Shown here: piece after piece, positions 49,701 through 64,000 of the stretch
Position numbering within the stretch: position 1 is the stretch's first letter
Layout: the number at the start of each line of letters is the position of its first letter
NCBI GenBank assembly: GCA_964016885.1
Contig: OZ024753.1
Span: 37,820,001 to 37,884,000 of the forward strand
Direction: 5' to 3'
Source: Eledone cirrhosa
Lineage: Eukaryota
Length of the DNA: 64,000 nucleotides
The notes under the pieces: model-generated
Seen by the model: the letters and a program-made list of their open reading frames with translations, nothing else
The model's database searches: none
What the model was told of the DNA's origin: nothing
Translations under genes and position numbers: made by a program

Positions 49701-51734
49701 ACACTATAAACATGAAAACTAATAAATTTGTTTTTGAATATTTTCTACTAAATCATTACAGGATGTTATTTGGAACTTAACATATATTCTTACGTAAATT
49801 TATGATGGAAGGTTTTCAGATAAATATAAATAAACAGCTTGGTAATTTTAAGTCCTCTTTTTAATATTGCAAATTTTCACAAAGATCTGTTCACTAATCA
49901 AAATACTATGAGCAAAACCCATTCTTAAGATATTTTCTGCTAAATTATTACGGGATGTTAAAAGTTAATAGATAAATAGTATTTTACTATTTATTTTATG
50001 TAATGTTTTAAACTGTATTTTTATGTATTTTTGCAGCAAACTAGATTGGGAAAATTGGTCAATGAACTCCGTAAAAAGACTACAAATGATGATCTGGCAC
50101 GACGAGCCAAAAGACTGGTTCGGAGCTGGCAGAAACTCATCTCGCCACCTACGGATGGCACCACTGTCAATGGAGAACGGATAAATACCAGCTCTCCAAG
50201 TCCAGGAATGACTGTTTTAACAGGATCTGCTGGCTCTTTGCCAGTCAGTCCAGCATCCCTTCGTTTCTCCCCAGGCCTTGTGAAATCTAGTCCGTGTGGA
50301 ATAGCTGCGTTGAGCAAAAACAACTCTCCGTGTTTACGGGTGAATGCAACACCAGGAACTCCAAGATTACATCCAACATCTTTGAAAGTTGATCCTAATG
50401 GTATTCAGCGGTCAAATATATCTCCTAAATCTGTTTGTCCACTAAGAGGTGTCACACCGTTAACGTCAACCCCTAAAGGACCTATATCGCCCAAAACTAT
50501 GTGCCCTCGAAGGACAGGCCTTCCTTCATCTTTAACTCCAAGACAACATAGTCCAAGCATACCATTATCAACTCCTAAAGGTAATTATCCGAATGGTCCC
50601 TTTAAGAACAGTGCCTCTTCTGACGGCCGTTGTGAAAATAATTTAATGAGTAGTCGGAGCTATAGTCCAAGTACTGAACGTAACTGTATGTCAAAAGAAA
50701 AAAACTCATCAATAGTTGGTTCATTACATCTAGGTAAATGTTCTCCTACAATAAATCATTCCAGGGATCGCATTAATGCTGGCACATTGAATGATCAAAA
50801 ACCTGCACCAAAAGGTAATTTATCTAATAGAAAACGGACTTCTAACGACTCTGGTGGTGCACCCCCAGCGAAACGCTCAGTTCCTGCTGACAAATATGTT
50901 AAAGATTTACATTCAAAAGAAAAAACAGTTAATGGTATATCGCGTAATGTTTGCCAAAATTTGGAAACCCTAGAAAAGAAAAAATCCGGCAATGTTTTGC
51001 CCAAATCCAAATCTGTGATGGACAATTTGTTTACATACATGAGTGGTGACAGTAATGACTCGTTTAAGAGCTCAACTAGTAAACGTAATTTGACTTTCCA
51101 TGCAAAGCAAGACAAAACTAAAACCTCAAAAGTTAAGACAACAGCTCAGTTAATAGCAGAGCTGCGAGCTAAAAGTGGTTCCACTGGTTCACAACTTAGA
51201 GGTGATCTTATAGATAAACTAAAGAGGCAGCCCTCTTCTGACGGTTTAGACGTCCGATTAAAATCTGGTAAGCGTAATGCTAGGCCAATGTTAAGTCAAA
51301 CTAAAACAGAACTTGTTGAAAGGTATCTGAAAAATTCTATACGGCCTGATATAAAAGATGAATCAGAATTTCTTGAAATTGACCACTGTAGATTGATGTC
51401 ATGTGACCTGCCCAATGGCCAAATGGGACAGAGCTGTAGTACAGCTCAAGCGGTCACTCCTAGTTCAAACCAGTTGTCACTGTTAGAAATCTATAACTCG
51501 CTTCCACCTTTGAATCTTGATAAAATTGACTGGGACGATGATAAATATGAAGTGACTGAGCAGACTGAGAGTGTCACTGATAGCATTATTGACAAGTTGC
51601 ACAATGAATACTGGTCGGGTGTTAATGGTCAGTGGGATTCTGCTGGCTCTTGGAGAGATTGGACTCAGTCTATGTCAGTAGAATCGTTTGAGGGGAGCAG
51701 GTTAGATTTATTACCGTATGTAAATATTGACTAA
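35023..51734 (+). CDS. MED26: Mediator of RNA polymerase II transcription subunit 26, 3 exons, 611 aa
   Basis: Exons 35023-35085, 47974-48048 and 50037-51734. TFIIS-N-like N-terminus [45 protein letters not shown]; Med26 C-terminal motif [32 protein letters not shown]. Confidence 0.95.
42756..42940 (-). mobile_element. SINE family A, full length, MED26 intron 1
   Basis: Reverse complement closely matches 7730-7920 and 48525-48708. Confidence 0.9.
47974..48048 (+). CDS. MED26: MED26 exon 2 (75 nt, phase 0-0)
   Basis: ttatag / gtaagc; [25 protein letters not shown]. Confidence 0.92.
48525..48708 (+). mobile_element. SINE family A, full length, MED26 intron 2
   Basis: Same consensus as 7730-7920. 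Confidence 0.9.
50037..51734 (+). CDS. MED26: MED26 exon 3 (terminal, 565 aa)
   Basis: ttgcag acceptor; ORF 50031-51734. Confidence 0.96.
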   Translation, partial: QTRLGKLVNELRKKTTNDDLARRAKRLVRSWQKLISPPTDGTTVNGERINTSSPSPGMTVLTGSAGSLPVSPASLRFSPGLVKSSPCGIAALSKNNSPCLRVNATPGTPRLHPTSLKVDPNGIQRSNISPKSVCPLRGVTPLTSTPKGPISPKTMCPRRTGLPSSLTPRQHSPSIPLSTPKGNYPNGPFKNSASSDGRCENNLMSSRSYSPSTERNCMSKEKNSSIVGSLHLGKCSPTINHSRDRINAGTLNDQKPAPKGNLSNRKRTSNDSGGAPPAKRSVPADKYVKDLHSKEKTVNGISRNVCQNLETLEKKKSGNVLPKSKSVMDNLFTYMSGDSNDSFKSSTSKRNLTFHAKQDKTKTSKVKTTAQLIAELRAKSGSTGSQLRGDLIDKLKRQPSSDGLDVRLKSGKRNARPMLSQTKTELVERYLKNSIRPDIKDESEFLEIDHCRLMSCDLPNGQMGQSCSTAQAVTPSSNQLSLLEIYNSLPPLNLDKIDWDDDKYEVTEQTESVTDSIIDKLHNEYWSGVNGQWDSAGSWRDWTQSMSVESFEGSRLDLLPYVNID

Positions 51735-51767
51735 ATAACACAGCAGTTATTGTTTAACACACTCACA

Positions 51768-51800
<33 letters not shown>

Positions 51801-52370
51801 CTCTCAAATACACATTAGTGACAATAAATTATTGTGTTTGGTAATAAGTCCCACCAGTTGCTTCTCAGCTGATTGTTAGATGTGAATGAGAAAGATAACT
51901 TTTGATTGTAGAGTAAAATATTTACTAACAACCAAAATCTTTAACATCTCCACTTATTTTAGTGCAACTTCATTGAGAAAACAAAAAAAAAAAGAAAATA
52001 TTGTATTAAAAAAATTCAGTTGAAGTATTGAGATGAGAAAATAAGTAGAAATGCTGAGTGGTGACCCTTATTGGTAATGAATGATAAAAACAAAAAAATA
52101 TATTAAAAAAAAATAAAGGAGTGGGTGCTGTGATAAGGGCTGTCATCTTGACACCGTTAACTGACCAAGAAAACCTATATTTGATCCAATATAGAATATT
52201 TGGATCTTCTTTGAGAAATCAAAGATTTCTGGTAATGGTATGACACAGTTCTTTTTTTTTTTTTTTTTTCTGTGTTCTTTTTTTCTCTTAACCCCTCTTT
52301 CTTCAAGCCCTTGCCCTCACAGATTTCTCTCTTTGTCTGCGCGTGTGTATATCTGTGTATATGTATGTGT

Positions 52371-52408
<38 letters not shown>

Positions 52409-53646
52409 AGATATATATATATATGCATATGGATATATGTAAGATGAAATACACAAGCCACATTCTATCAATCTTTGCATCCAATGTTATGTTGATTGGC
52501 TGCTGCTGTTCTTAGTATTGAGTGCTATATGTGCTTTCTAGGTTCCAGTAAGCCTTTCATTCATGTCATGCATACACAGAAAAACCCAGACACCCCCTCT
52601 CCCCAATATTCATTCATCATTGAAATACATTTACAAGTAAAGAAACCAAACCAGAATGTGACCAAAAACAAGAACCTATTATGTTGAACAATGTTTTCAG
52701 TAAAGTTAACAATCAGCATGAAAGTGATAAAAGAATAAATATATGCAAATCAGCCATTATTGAGGTTGTACAACTGTTGTTTGAGTAAATTGTATCTATA
52801 TATATTATATATATTACATGTGTCTGCATGTATGCAAATTTGAATATAATTGTTATTATTCTTGTCACTTTGAATAGAAAAAGTTTTGCTATCAACCCTT
52901 TTGATAATTGCTCGAAACCACAATATAAAGCTGTTTATTTTAAAGTGTTTATATGTATCTAAAAACCTTCCCTTGTAATTTTATGTATGAACCATTTAAG
53001 TTATGCTCCAAACACTCTTGATTATGAGTTAGTTATATTGGTAAATCTCGTTCTTGGTTGTTTTCAAAATGATTTGAAAATCATTGGCAGTGTCTATCAT
53101 TAGAAATATGGTAACGAACAGGTTAAACCATTAATTTATAAATGTTGTTCAGAAAGTTTAGAATTGATTAGGTGCTCTCAACATTTTCATATAACATATA
53201 TTGGTGGTGGTATGGTCCGGTAAGTCATGATGGAGTTGTAGGGGTGCTGTATTGACATACTGCCTTTTTGGGCCATTTTAAGCCTGGTAGATCCCATCCT
53301 TCTCCAAGCCTGAGTACAGCAGATTTCATTCAGAGAAGCATAGAAAGTGAAAGATATGCAGGAAGAATAGACCCCAGTTCTAGACTGGTACTTTTCTATT
53401 GACTTCAAAAAAGATAAAAGGTAGCTTATTCAAACTAACTCTATATTTTTCAGTTTCACGTTTCTTGATACAAAGCTGTCACCAAAACCAGTCTTACACA
53501 TGCACATTCAGAGAGAAAGTCATCAATGACAGCACTGTATATAATATTTGTTATTCATGAGTTATTTATAAAATGAGACCTTGTTAAGTATGTATAACTA
53601 TTTATGCAAATTTTTGTCTAGAAATGTTATTCTTTTATGCATGTGA

Positions 53647-53806
53647 AAATGTTCCCTCTAAGCTGTGCGACCATGCGCATGAAAATATCGCTGCTCAGTA
53701 GCTTTGAAAAGCTGCCACACTCGTTCTAAATTTAAAATATTTTCCTCAAAGCATCAAACACTTTTGCTTAAAGTTCAGTGGTGGAGAAAAATTAAAGGGA
53801 ACATTG
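53647..53806. mobile_element. MITE, hAT-like
   Basis: TIR aatgttccctctaa / ttaaagggaacattg. Confidence 0.6.
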
Positions 53807-56800
53807 TATATGTGGCATATATATATATATATATATATATAAAATTGTACAGCTGCTTTCTATACCAACATGGGTTAGAAGGGTCATCACATTCTGTTAT
53901 ATGGGGTCACTGCTTTTCTAGATAGGTTAGGGGATCATGTCACATGAGTAGATTAATTTTGGCTTGGTTTCTGTAGCTGGATGCCTTTCTTAAATGTACT
54001 GGGTATATTTTGTTGTGACCTTGTTCACTGCAAGGTGTACAGTCCCCATTCTTTTGAGACAGATGTGATGGAGGATTGAAGGGATGTGATGACAAAGAGT
54101 TGAAGGGGTGGGAGGTATGATCTTTGGTGAAGCCAACAACCATGCTGGGTTTGTGAGTGAGGGGGGGGGGTGAATGGGGAAACAGCATGGGCAACATTAT
54201 AGGATACCAATAGCAATGTTATTGTAAGTGATTGTGAGTCATTACCATTTTTTTTTTTTTTTTACTTCATGTCAATTTTCTATGCTGGCATGGACTAGCA
54301 AGGATTAGTCGGGTTGTCATGTTCTGAAATTTGATGGCTTTGATCCCCACACTTTGCTCATATTTTCCATTTTGATATGGTTTCTATGGCTTAATGACTT
54401 TCCTAATGCTCACTACTTTACAGTGTGTACTGGGTATGTTTTATCCTGAGACCTGTACTACTGCTAAATATATTTATTTATTTGCCAGTAGCACTAAGAC
54501 TGTTTAAGCATAATAAAGGTGTATATGAAAACATAATTAATGCATATATATATATATATATACAATAAATACGGGTGGCTTCACTGCCGAAGAAAAGTAT
54601 TTTTCTGTTTTCCTCCACAAATATATTGCAGAGTTGCTAGTGTGTTGTAGTACAAACTTGTGTAAATATGCAGTCTGTCCTTCACTTTGAGAAAGAATCT
54701 CTTTATTGTTAGCAGAGGTAACAACTCTGAATTTCTTAGCCCATTTCTTCTCACTATGGCTACTATGCTTTTGGTATATCTACCTCTCCTGTAATTGGGA
54801 GTCACATAAGTAGTAAAAGCTATTAATTACTTTTAGAATACTGCCTTAGAAGCCTTTTCTAATTCATGCTATTAGATAAAAATGCAATTCTAACAGATAT
54901 ACTTGTAAGTTGAACCTTACCCCATGAAAATCTAGTGCAATTGAGCCATATTCTTAATTAATGATGAATTTCTAATGAAATATTCTATTTCAATTAATTT
55001 CTGAGAGATTTTGTAAAATTTTATGTATAAAAACCATATGTTGGAAGATAAAAAATGAAATAGGAACCTTTTAAAATTGGATTTGTTTTATAGAACCAGA
55101 GCCGGGTTTAGGCAAGTTAGTATTGAGTCAAGCTGGTGTTTGGAACATAACTGAACATAAAATAATTATGGAAGGTTTTCAGATAAATATAAACTTAGTA
55201 TTAGTAGAACAAGGGCTGAATTTTGGACATGTGTGTATAATTAAATTGTTAGAGAATGCTTTGCAGTATTCGTTCTAGCTCTATATTCTCGAGTTCAAAT
55301 CTCATCTAGGTTGCCTTTGCCTTTCATCCTTTTGAAGTTGCTAAAAAAAAAAATAGCAGTTCAGTACTGGAGTCGATTCTTCTATCTTATCTCTCTCCTC
55401 TGGAATAAATTGGCTGTTGAAACCTGAAGAGGAGATGGGCTCTACCAGGTTTAAAGTACCCAAGACATGCCATATGTCACGACAGCACACCTATGATTCT
55501 ATCAGGATTTATAGCTCCATACATGAATATATATCAGCAGCTCATTGGAAATTGGTGCGCTAATGTATAATTTAAAGGTGAACAAATTGACTAAAACGTA
55601 TTAATCAGGTAAGTTTTCTGTGAAAACATGTGGCTCTGGTAGTTAAGGAGTTTGACTATAATAAGGTCATATGTTCAATTCATAATTGGGGTTGCATTAT
55701 GACTGGAACTGTTATCATTAAAAAAAACAAGAAAAATCCTATTAGTTGTAACCTTGTAGTAGGCCAGCTACACCTGCACAGGTGTGAGCTGTAAATTTCT
55801 TTTTGGGTAAGTATTCTGTCAAATCTCTTGAACCTGCTTTCAATGGTCTAGGTCTTGTGTAGATAACTTGATAAAGGAATCAAACCAGATCCCAGCCTTC
55901 ATTCGCTTACTGAGTGAGGTGGGATTCATCAAATCAGACTGAAAATGTTGATTCCATTGGTCTTTCCATTGCTGATACTGGTTGCAAAGCCATTTTCTAA
56001 CTCTAGCAAAGTATAATGGAGTGAAAAGGCCCTTCATTATTTACTATGTAGTTCAGTGTTTGTTTATATTTAAAATGAGTTGGTATTTTGTTGCTGACAG
56101 TTTGACTGTTAGGAATGAAAGATTACATAAATTATCTTTCAGGCATAGTTTGGCTACTGTTACTTGTTTTCACTCAATTCATGGAACCTCTGTTTACCAA
56201 AATTGTGTGTATGCCGTGTAATTAACCAATGTTGCAGTTTGTAAATAATTGCTCCAATATACATCATGTACTATCTCCATCTGTTCTGACAGCTAGTGTT
56301 CTAGTTATACAAACAATGAAACAGCTTGCTCATTAAATTAATGTGCAAGTGGTTGAATTTTTGACAGGCATGTGTACTCCTAACCTAACATAGTTTTAGG
56401 GAGATTCATCTTATGGCTAACTTTATAGGTACAACTGGTTTTTGCCAGCTGAGTGGACTGGAGCTATATGAAATAGTGTCTTAGTCAATGAAACTATGCT
56501 ACCAGGAATTGAAGTTACAACCTTAAAAGAGTGAACCAAACACTAACCACATAGCGACACATCTTTACACTATTATACCTGTACTTAATTAAAGGTGGTT
56601 GTCTTTTAAGATTTACAGCACAATAAATAGTCGTGTACAGGCAAAGTTGTTAAAACTTAAGATAAAAGGCTTTGCAGTATTTGTTTTGGTTCTGCACTGA
56701 GGTCAAATCCTGCTGATGTCAACTTTGCTTTTTATCCATTTGAAGTCGCTAAAAAAAAAAAAATAACCAATCTAGTACTGGGGTTGATCCTTTCTGTCCT

Positions 56801-59239
56801 TTCTCTGGAGAGATGAGCTCCACCAGACCCTAAAGAAATGCTGTATTTCAATATTGCGTCCCTACGTCTCGGGGGATACAGGTCTTTTCATACAAGTATT
56901 CAAGTAGGATAATGAAATTCTGCATGGAACCGGTGGCCAGTATTTAACATTGAAAATGGTATTAAGTATATATACTTCATTTTTGTATTTGTTTTGCAAG
57001 ATACTTAATGTGAAACGTAGGATGGTCATGCTGTTGATGAAAACATGCACCGGTAGAAATTCACTTTGGCTTTAAGTTCTGAGTTCATTACCTGTTGATG
57101 TTAGCTTTGCCTTTCATCATTATGGGGTCGATAAAATAAAGAACCATTAATGGACTGGGTTAGATTTAATCAACTTTCGACTCCCCTAAAATTGTTGACT
57201 TTGTGGCCAAGTCAGAAACCATTATTATTTAGGTAAAATTAGTAGAATAGTTAGAGCTCTTTACAGTCTGTCCGAGGTCAGTTTTTCCTTCCATCCTTCT
57301 GGGATCGATTTAATCAACTTTCTTCTCCAAAATTACTGGCCTTGTGCCTAAAGTAGTAACTGTTATCAGCCAGGTGACTAATCCATTCCTGTGTTAATTT
57401 AGTAGTTGGATGGTAATTTGTCATTGAGAAGGTCACAATGTGTGACAAAAGAGCTTTGAGAATTAAATAACCACCCAGTTACTAAACTAATCAAAGAATT
57501 GATTAGATACCTGACTAATAATGATTTCTACTTTATGCACAAGGTCTGCAATGTGTGGGAATAGGAAAGTCCAGACTGAGAAAAGGCAAAGATAACTTCG
57601 TCAAGATTTGAACTTATAATGTAGAAAGTTGTAACTACATACCACTAGGCATATTCTCCATAAAACTAAAGTGAAACCCAATGGACCCGTGTGTTTTTGG
57701 CAGCATGACCCTCTCAATATATAACAGTATAGCAGAGGTAAGAAGCTCCCTAAATTTTTCTTACTCTGGTTATTATGCTTCAGGAACATACACCTCCACT
57801 ACACAACCATATATGCATTTAAAATAATTTGTTTCATGGGTATTCCTTCTCCATCAGCTACATAGACAAAGCTGGTGCTTCCATTAAGTCAACTAGGCAG
57901 TTGCATATGGTACTGACAGAAGACGAATGTATTACTGGTTCTTAAAACAGCAGCTTTATACTAATCCATATGGTTGACTTAAATATATGATAATTTCCTG
58001 TGCTCAAAAATATATTACTAAACATCTCTGCGTTGTGGAAATATATCAAAAGTGGTGGAGAGAATCGTATGGTGTTATTAGCTGCAACATAATTTCGAAT
58101 GTGGGATTGTGGACTGTGTAGTAGAAAATGCTGGCCTAGTAATATTTTTAGTGTTATCAGAACAAGAATGATAAAAAAAACGGTTTTGTCAGCTTACCAA
58201 ACTTATTTTATCTGGGAGGATGGGGTGGGGGTGTACATAGGACTAGCTCCTGGCGCTAAATACTCAGATACACGTTTTAGAGCTAACCAAGGGTGTTACG
58301 TATGAGATCTTCATTACCAGCCTGTGCATAACTTGTACGCCTATATTTAACATTTGGTACATAGTACAAAGCTTCTCTCTACTCCTTTTCTGCGTTTAAC
58401 CACGTCCTGCCTTCCCTGTTAACTACTGGAATGTCTGGCTTTGATCGGTTTCAAGACTTTACGATTTTAGCCTTTTGATTGTTTAGTTTCAAAATAATTA
58501 ACTTCGTACTATTTTTTTTTTTATTTTTTTTTTTTACATTGAGATAAGAAATATCCACTACAGTCTTGGTTCTAGCTTTAAATATTGCATTTCTTGATTG
58601 TGTAAAAGTGTTTTTAAAGGAAATTAAATATTTTACGTAATTAAAATTTTATACACACACATATATATAAATGAAATTTTATATATATATATATATATAT
58701 AAGTGAAGGGGGATAACTGGATTTTATTTTAGTAAACCTCTAAAAGTATGGTTAATCCAACTTCCGGAACAAAAATCTTCGCAATTTTATTTCTATACAT
58801 CTCTCTTTTTTATGCAAATATGTGTGTATTGTAAATAGTGCACTATTTACAATATATAATAAATATATACACTCTACTCTCCCAAGTATCGAGTACTTAA
58901 CTGAACATGGTCTTGCTGGTAATCCACAATCTTTCATTGTCTTTCCCAAAATGGGGCGATTTTAATGAAAGCTATTCCCATTCTCACAAGAGAAGACATC
59001 TCTCACTCACTCCAAAGTGAGTTGACAGGTCTGATATATATATATATATATATATGCATACCAGTCGCCGCCCTCTCTGATGTTGTCCAAGGAAAGGCAA
59101 AGACCAATACAGCTGAGTGAACTGGAGCAACTTGAAATAAAGTGTCTTGCTCGCTTAAGGACGCAACGCATCGTCCGACTCAGGACTCTAACGCACAATC
59201 TCATGATTGTGAATCCAACTCTCTCACCACTGAAACTCA

Positions 59240-60060
59240 GCAATTTCAGATAATGCTATGTTCAATATTTTGATCGCAGACCAAGTAAGGGTGAGGAAAA
59301 ATGTGTTCTGTATGTTCGATCCAACAGAGTTAGGGAGACACATACAATACTTTATCCACCGCATGCAGCTCCCTGGACACAGCCAAAGAGTCAGGATTAT
59401 GGTGTACAAAGGAGCCATGGCAAAAGTTAAAACCATCATAGAGAACAACGCGAATGGGATTCGTCCGCTATACAGGAGCAAATCATGGAATAGTATGGAA
59501 AAGACTAAGAAGAAGATGCAGTCATTATATGACAGCCAAAAATACCAGTGTCATGTTCGTCAACACTACCCCTAGAGGCGAACTAGAGTATCGATTTAGG
59601 AAAGCCTTAGATAAACTGAACCTAAGAAAGAGGTAGAACAGACAAGAACTGTCATGAAATCACTGATCAACAGGATATACCCTTTTAAGAAAAAACCCTG
59701 TACTGATAGAAACTGTATAGTCTGTAAATTAAGCCCCCAGGTAAACTGTAAAACTAGGAATGCAGTCTATAAAATAAGGTGTACAGAGGGACGGAGCAGA
59801 AACATGACAACATATACAGGTAAGACACTCCGTACCTCAAGAGAGAGGGTAAAAGAACACTGGCGAGAACTGAAGGAGGAGAAAAGCTCGTCAGTGCTAC
59901 ATCAACATGCCAAACTAGAATATGGAGGTCAGTATATAATATTGAAGTAAAGATCCTATCCACACAGAATAGACACGATGCTCAGACAAATTACAGAAGC
60001 CACGGATATGATAGAGAATAGACCGAAGCTCAACAGAAAACACGAATGGAATAGTAACAC
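59240..60060 (+). mobile_element. Penelope-like retroelement relic (RT C-terminus, Cys-rich linker, GIY-YIG endonuclease), frameshifted
   Basis: Consecutive ORFs: RPLYRSKSW; VMFVNTTPRGEL; CTDRNCIVC..CKTRNAVYKIRC..YTGKTLRTSRERVKEH..SVLHQH; RQITEA..LNRKHEW. Confidence 0.85.
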
Positions 60061-60385
60061 AGCCAACCCACAACTTAACGACTGAGGACAGAATAGGACA
60101 CATACATAAATAAACAAGGCATTGGAAGATATAACCAGAAAAATACCCACACAAACACAGACACATAGACGGGTGCAGCGGAAACGCATGCACAGACAGG
60201 AAAACATACTCCAGAAAGACATGATGGAGTAACGAAAACAAAACCATATAGAAGAGGAAAAGAGAAGTCATTGAGGTCAAGAAAGAATTTTAATGAACTA
60301 ACTAATAATAAAATTGAAGAGTGGAAATCAAATAGTGCATGTGTTTTTATTAGCAACATTGGCAACGTGACTACCCCCCAAATAT

Positions 60386-60423
<38 letters not shown>

Positions 60424-60435
60424 CCAAATAAAAAG

Positions 60436-60479
60436 CGTCTGTTTACACTACAATCGATCGATTGTAATGTAAACAGACG
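60436..60479. repeat. 44-bp loopless palindrome (one mismatch)
   Basis: cgtctgtttacactacaatcga | tcgattgtaatgtaaacagacg. Confidence 0.9.
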
Positions 60480-62944
60480 TAAGCACTCTACGACGTGGGT
60501 AGCTTACGGTATTGCCTATAAGGTATCTCTTTTTTTATTATATATGTATATATGTATAATAGTAATATTAATGAGGTAAATTTTATTCATTTACTATGTG
60601 TATTTTAGCTCAATGCTATGATAGAATCAAGCAGAGCCACTATATATTTACAATGTGATATATATATATTTCGTGCTTGGTCATATGAACTACAAAATAT
60701 AATTATTGCTGTTTCCATAATAATTGTTTCTACGTTTTGGCACAAGGCCAGTAATTACCCAGTGCATTACTGGTACTTTATTTTATCGACCCCGTAATAA
60801 TATCGTATGAGTATATATAATATATAATGAAATTATTGTGTAAAGTGCTCAGGTGCACTACAACTCGTCAATATAGTACATAGAATAATACACAAATGTA
60901 TACTCTGAATCATTCCCGAGACAACTTATCTGTCATTCTCGATTCTGTATTCGATTACTCAAACCTGTGAACTGCTTTAGTTTATCAGGTATTGCCGTGC
61001 TTCTCGTTAGCATCATAGAATTGACATGTTTTTTTTTTCTCTTCTTTTTAACCCCGATTAACATCTCCCACACATCTGTGCTTCTCTCTTTGTTTGCTTT
61101 GGCAGACATACTTCATCACTTTTCTCTCTCTCTCTCTGTTTCACCATCTCTTTCTGTCTCCCATCTCTCGCCTCCTGTTCTTCCCCATCTCTCTCTCTCT
61201 CTCTCTCTATTCTCCCCCCCCCTCACTACCACCTCTCACTTAAGTATATTATTTTAACTTACGTAAACTACAATACCATTTGTTGATAATATTAAACTAT
61301 ATTTATGTTTCAACGTTATTGAACATTGAATATGGTAATCCTTCGTTTTAAGATCACATACAACCCCCAGTAATTTCCGTGAATGAAAAATGACAATTAA
61401 AAAAAATAATAATAAACATAATTGTAATCTCCAGCTACGAAAAAATGGGTCCTTTCTGAACCCTTAAAACTAAGTATTACCCATGGGTTTATTTTTACTA
61501 ACGTAAATTACATTATAATGTTTTTAGTAAAATATATAACTATATTATATTTCAACAATAATGATCGTTGTATTTTAGCTGAATACATATGTTGTCTGTT
61601 ATTTAGAAGAAAAAATCGAGCTTTAGTCGAGTAAATAAGATGAAAAATCATGTATTGTTGTTTAGCCCTTGGTGAGTCTTGATTGTGTAGATCTATAATC
61701 AAAGATGTTCCAACCGTGATCATAGCACCTTTTCCTTCATTCTTTCATGTAATGAACTACATTATACAATGTGACTCCTTTTTTCTGAAGATAATAGAGG
61801 GTTGTAATTTGAAGAATATTTGGCTACCATTTCTAGTAGGTTTAAGCAACCACGCAGAAACATCTGCGTTGGCACGAATTGTGTTTTGTTTAACCTCAAG
61901 GTCAGCCTTGATTTGGTAGACCTATCATCAAAAGCATTCCATTTCTGACCGTCTCCTTGTTTTTCCTATACAGTTCTTCCAAACCCACATCATCAAGTGT
62001 TTCCTAAGACGTTAGGATGTGATTTGAAAGCGACTTGGTTGCTATTTCTAGCACCGAGCGGCGACTGCTTAGAGGAGGCTGTCGCTGCTTGACTCTAATA
62101 GTACAAAATACTTTTGGTTTCGTACATGTAGAAGCGAAAGTATGGAAAGATGTGTGGGCTACATGATTAACTGGTGATTGTTGGCTGAACAATTCATAGG
62201 CTGACCAAGATACTCTCATGGAATAACCAAATGCAGTTTATTATTCAACATAGTCCCAGGAAGAAACCATTCAGTTATTAATAAGAAGAGTTGAAATTAA
62301 TGCATGCAAGATTTCACAGCCCTAGCATCAATACTTTATAGTCAGCATATGAACTTTTCAGCCTACCATTGTAATGTTTCGTTTTAGCATTCTATGATCT
62401 AATGCTTTTTGTTCCTATCATAATATATAGATCAGTTACCATGAAAGTGCACATAATACATAATACAAGTGTAGAGTAATGTTTAAAGGCGTAGTTGTGT
62501 TAAATTCTAGAGTGAATCAACAAAATCAATTGTGTGTGTGTGTATAAAATCACCGTTTTCTCTACTAACAAGGATTGGACTTCATATCTATATATATAGT
62601 TAACATTTAAAAGCTCTGACAAGGTTAATAGGATGAACTTTGCAGATCTAAAGATATTCCAATTGTCAGTCTTGTTTTAAATAAAGACATATTTTATCTA
62701 ATTCAGTATAGAAAGAAACAAATAGATATATTGAAACAAATAGCAGGTTGACTGATAAAATGACAAGTCAGTCAATCATATTGGTGGCCTCCCCACAGTC
62801 TCGGCGGACCGAATGGAGAAGGTGTTTCCCCAGAGGACGGCAAGGGAGATGCGCTGGAAGAGCGATTCCAACTCGCGAGGCTCACACCTGCGGCTGGCTA
62901 GAATGCTCAGCCACTTTACGTTCAGGTTCTTATGTTGATCACCA

Positions 62945-63135
62945 GAGACATAACTAGGCTATGGCAAGCATGGAATGTGCCATGGGCACTACTTTGATGA
63001 GGAGCACTTTCTATTAAAGACGGATAAGCTATCGTTTGAGAGTGAAAAAAGAAACTTCTTCAGGAGTATGATCTGTCTTTGATCATCATGGATGAGAAGC
63101 ACTATGTGGTCGCTGGCATTAAACCATTTATATAA
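62945..63135 (+). repeat. second copy of the 30145-30335 dispersed repeat
   Basis: Direct similarity by eye. Confidence 0.75.
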
Positions 63136-64000
63136 ATTACTAGGGGAGAGGAATGCCAATTATATTGACCCCAGTGTGTTACTGGTATTTTATTTTATTA
63201 ATCCTGTACGGATTAAAGTCGAAGCTAGCCTCGGCGGGATTTGAACTCAGAATGTAAAGTACTGTAACTATATACTGCAAAGTATGTTGTCTGACGCTCT
63301 ACTGATACTGCCAATCCACCACCCTTGAAATAATAATAATAATAATATCAACAGTGGTTTAATAATTAGGAAACTTAAGCTGTTGAATAATTGAAGACCT
63401 TTTCCATAGATTAACAGTTGCAATTAGGAAGGATGTTAGCCACGCAGCTGTGAGTAAGATTTCATACTCAAATGTTTGAATTTTCACAACTGGTGATCAA
63501 TATTTGATAAATCATGTGTATATCTTGGAAAAAGATAGCAGATAATGATTGGAAATTAAACCACTGAAAAATGTGGTGTTCATGTAAATATTGGTTTTTA
63601 ATTTAGGCACAAGATCAGAAAATTTGAGGGAAAGACAAAGTTAATGATATCGGCCCCAGTACTTGACTGGTACTTTATTTTATTGACCCCAGAAAGATAA
63701 AAGGTAAAGTTGACCCTGGCAGGATTTGAACTCAGAATGTGTACATGTAAATATTGATTTCTAATTTTGGCACAAAGCCAGCACATTTGGGAGAAGGGCA
63801 TAGCTGATTAAATCAACCTCAGTACTTGACTGGTATTTTATTTTATTGACCTTGGAAGGAGGAATGACAGTTGATTTTGGCATGATTTGAATTCAAAACA
63901 AAGTGCCAGAAGAAATAACACAATGGCATTTCTTCTGATGCTCTACCAATTCTGCTGTCCACAATCCTTGTTCATGTAAATATATTAATGTCATTGAGGA

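Noticed and set aside
50021-51115. Antisense ORFs 50021-50323 and 50795-51115
   Set aside because: Shadows of the MED26 coding exon with no independent features.
54575-54805. Possible exon on - strand (two frames open for about 75 codons)
   Set aside because: No recognisable protein motif or partner exons; may be MED26 3' flank.

Overview
AT-rich, intron-containing animal genomic DNA. The SINE, RTE and microsatellite landscape looks like a coleoid cephalopod, probably Octopus (inference). Three protein-coding genes were reconstructed by hand from GT-AG boundaries with consistent phases. (1) The 3' seven exons of a probable CPLANE1/C5orf42 (JBTS17) orthologue on + (1961-9626). (2) A complete 20-exon WDR36/UTP21 on - (22779-10637, 892 aa), convergent with gene 1. 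(3) A complete 3-exon MED26 on + (35023-51734, 611 aa). The rest is a 1.9-kb 21-bp minisatellite, tRNA-derived SINEs, RTE LINE fragments, a Penelope-like GIY-YIG relic, a non-autonomous Helitron with a tandemly amplified 5' end, and MITEs. The most unusual signal is a set of short palindromic elements (7169-7326, 23345-23545, 27395-27545) that carry complete or decayed minimal type-I hammerhead ribozyme motifs, with the 3' half duplicated in inverted orientation. Also notable are inverted SINE pairs around frame-preserving exons and three upstream ATGs, one per frame, behind twin CRE sites in MED26. All calls are from reading the sequence; no searches were run.
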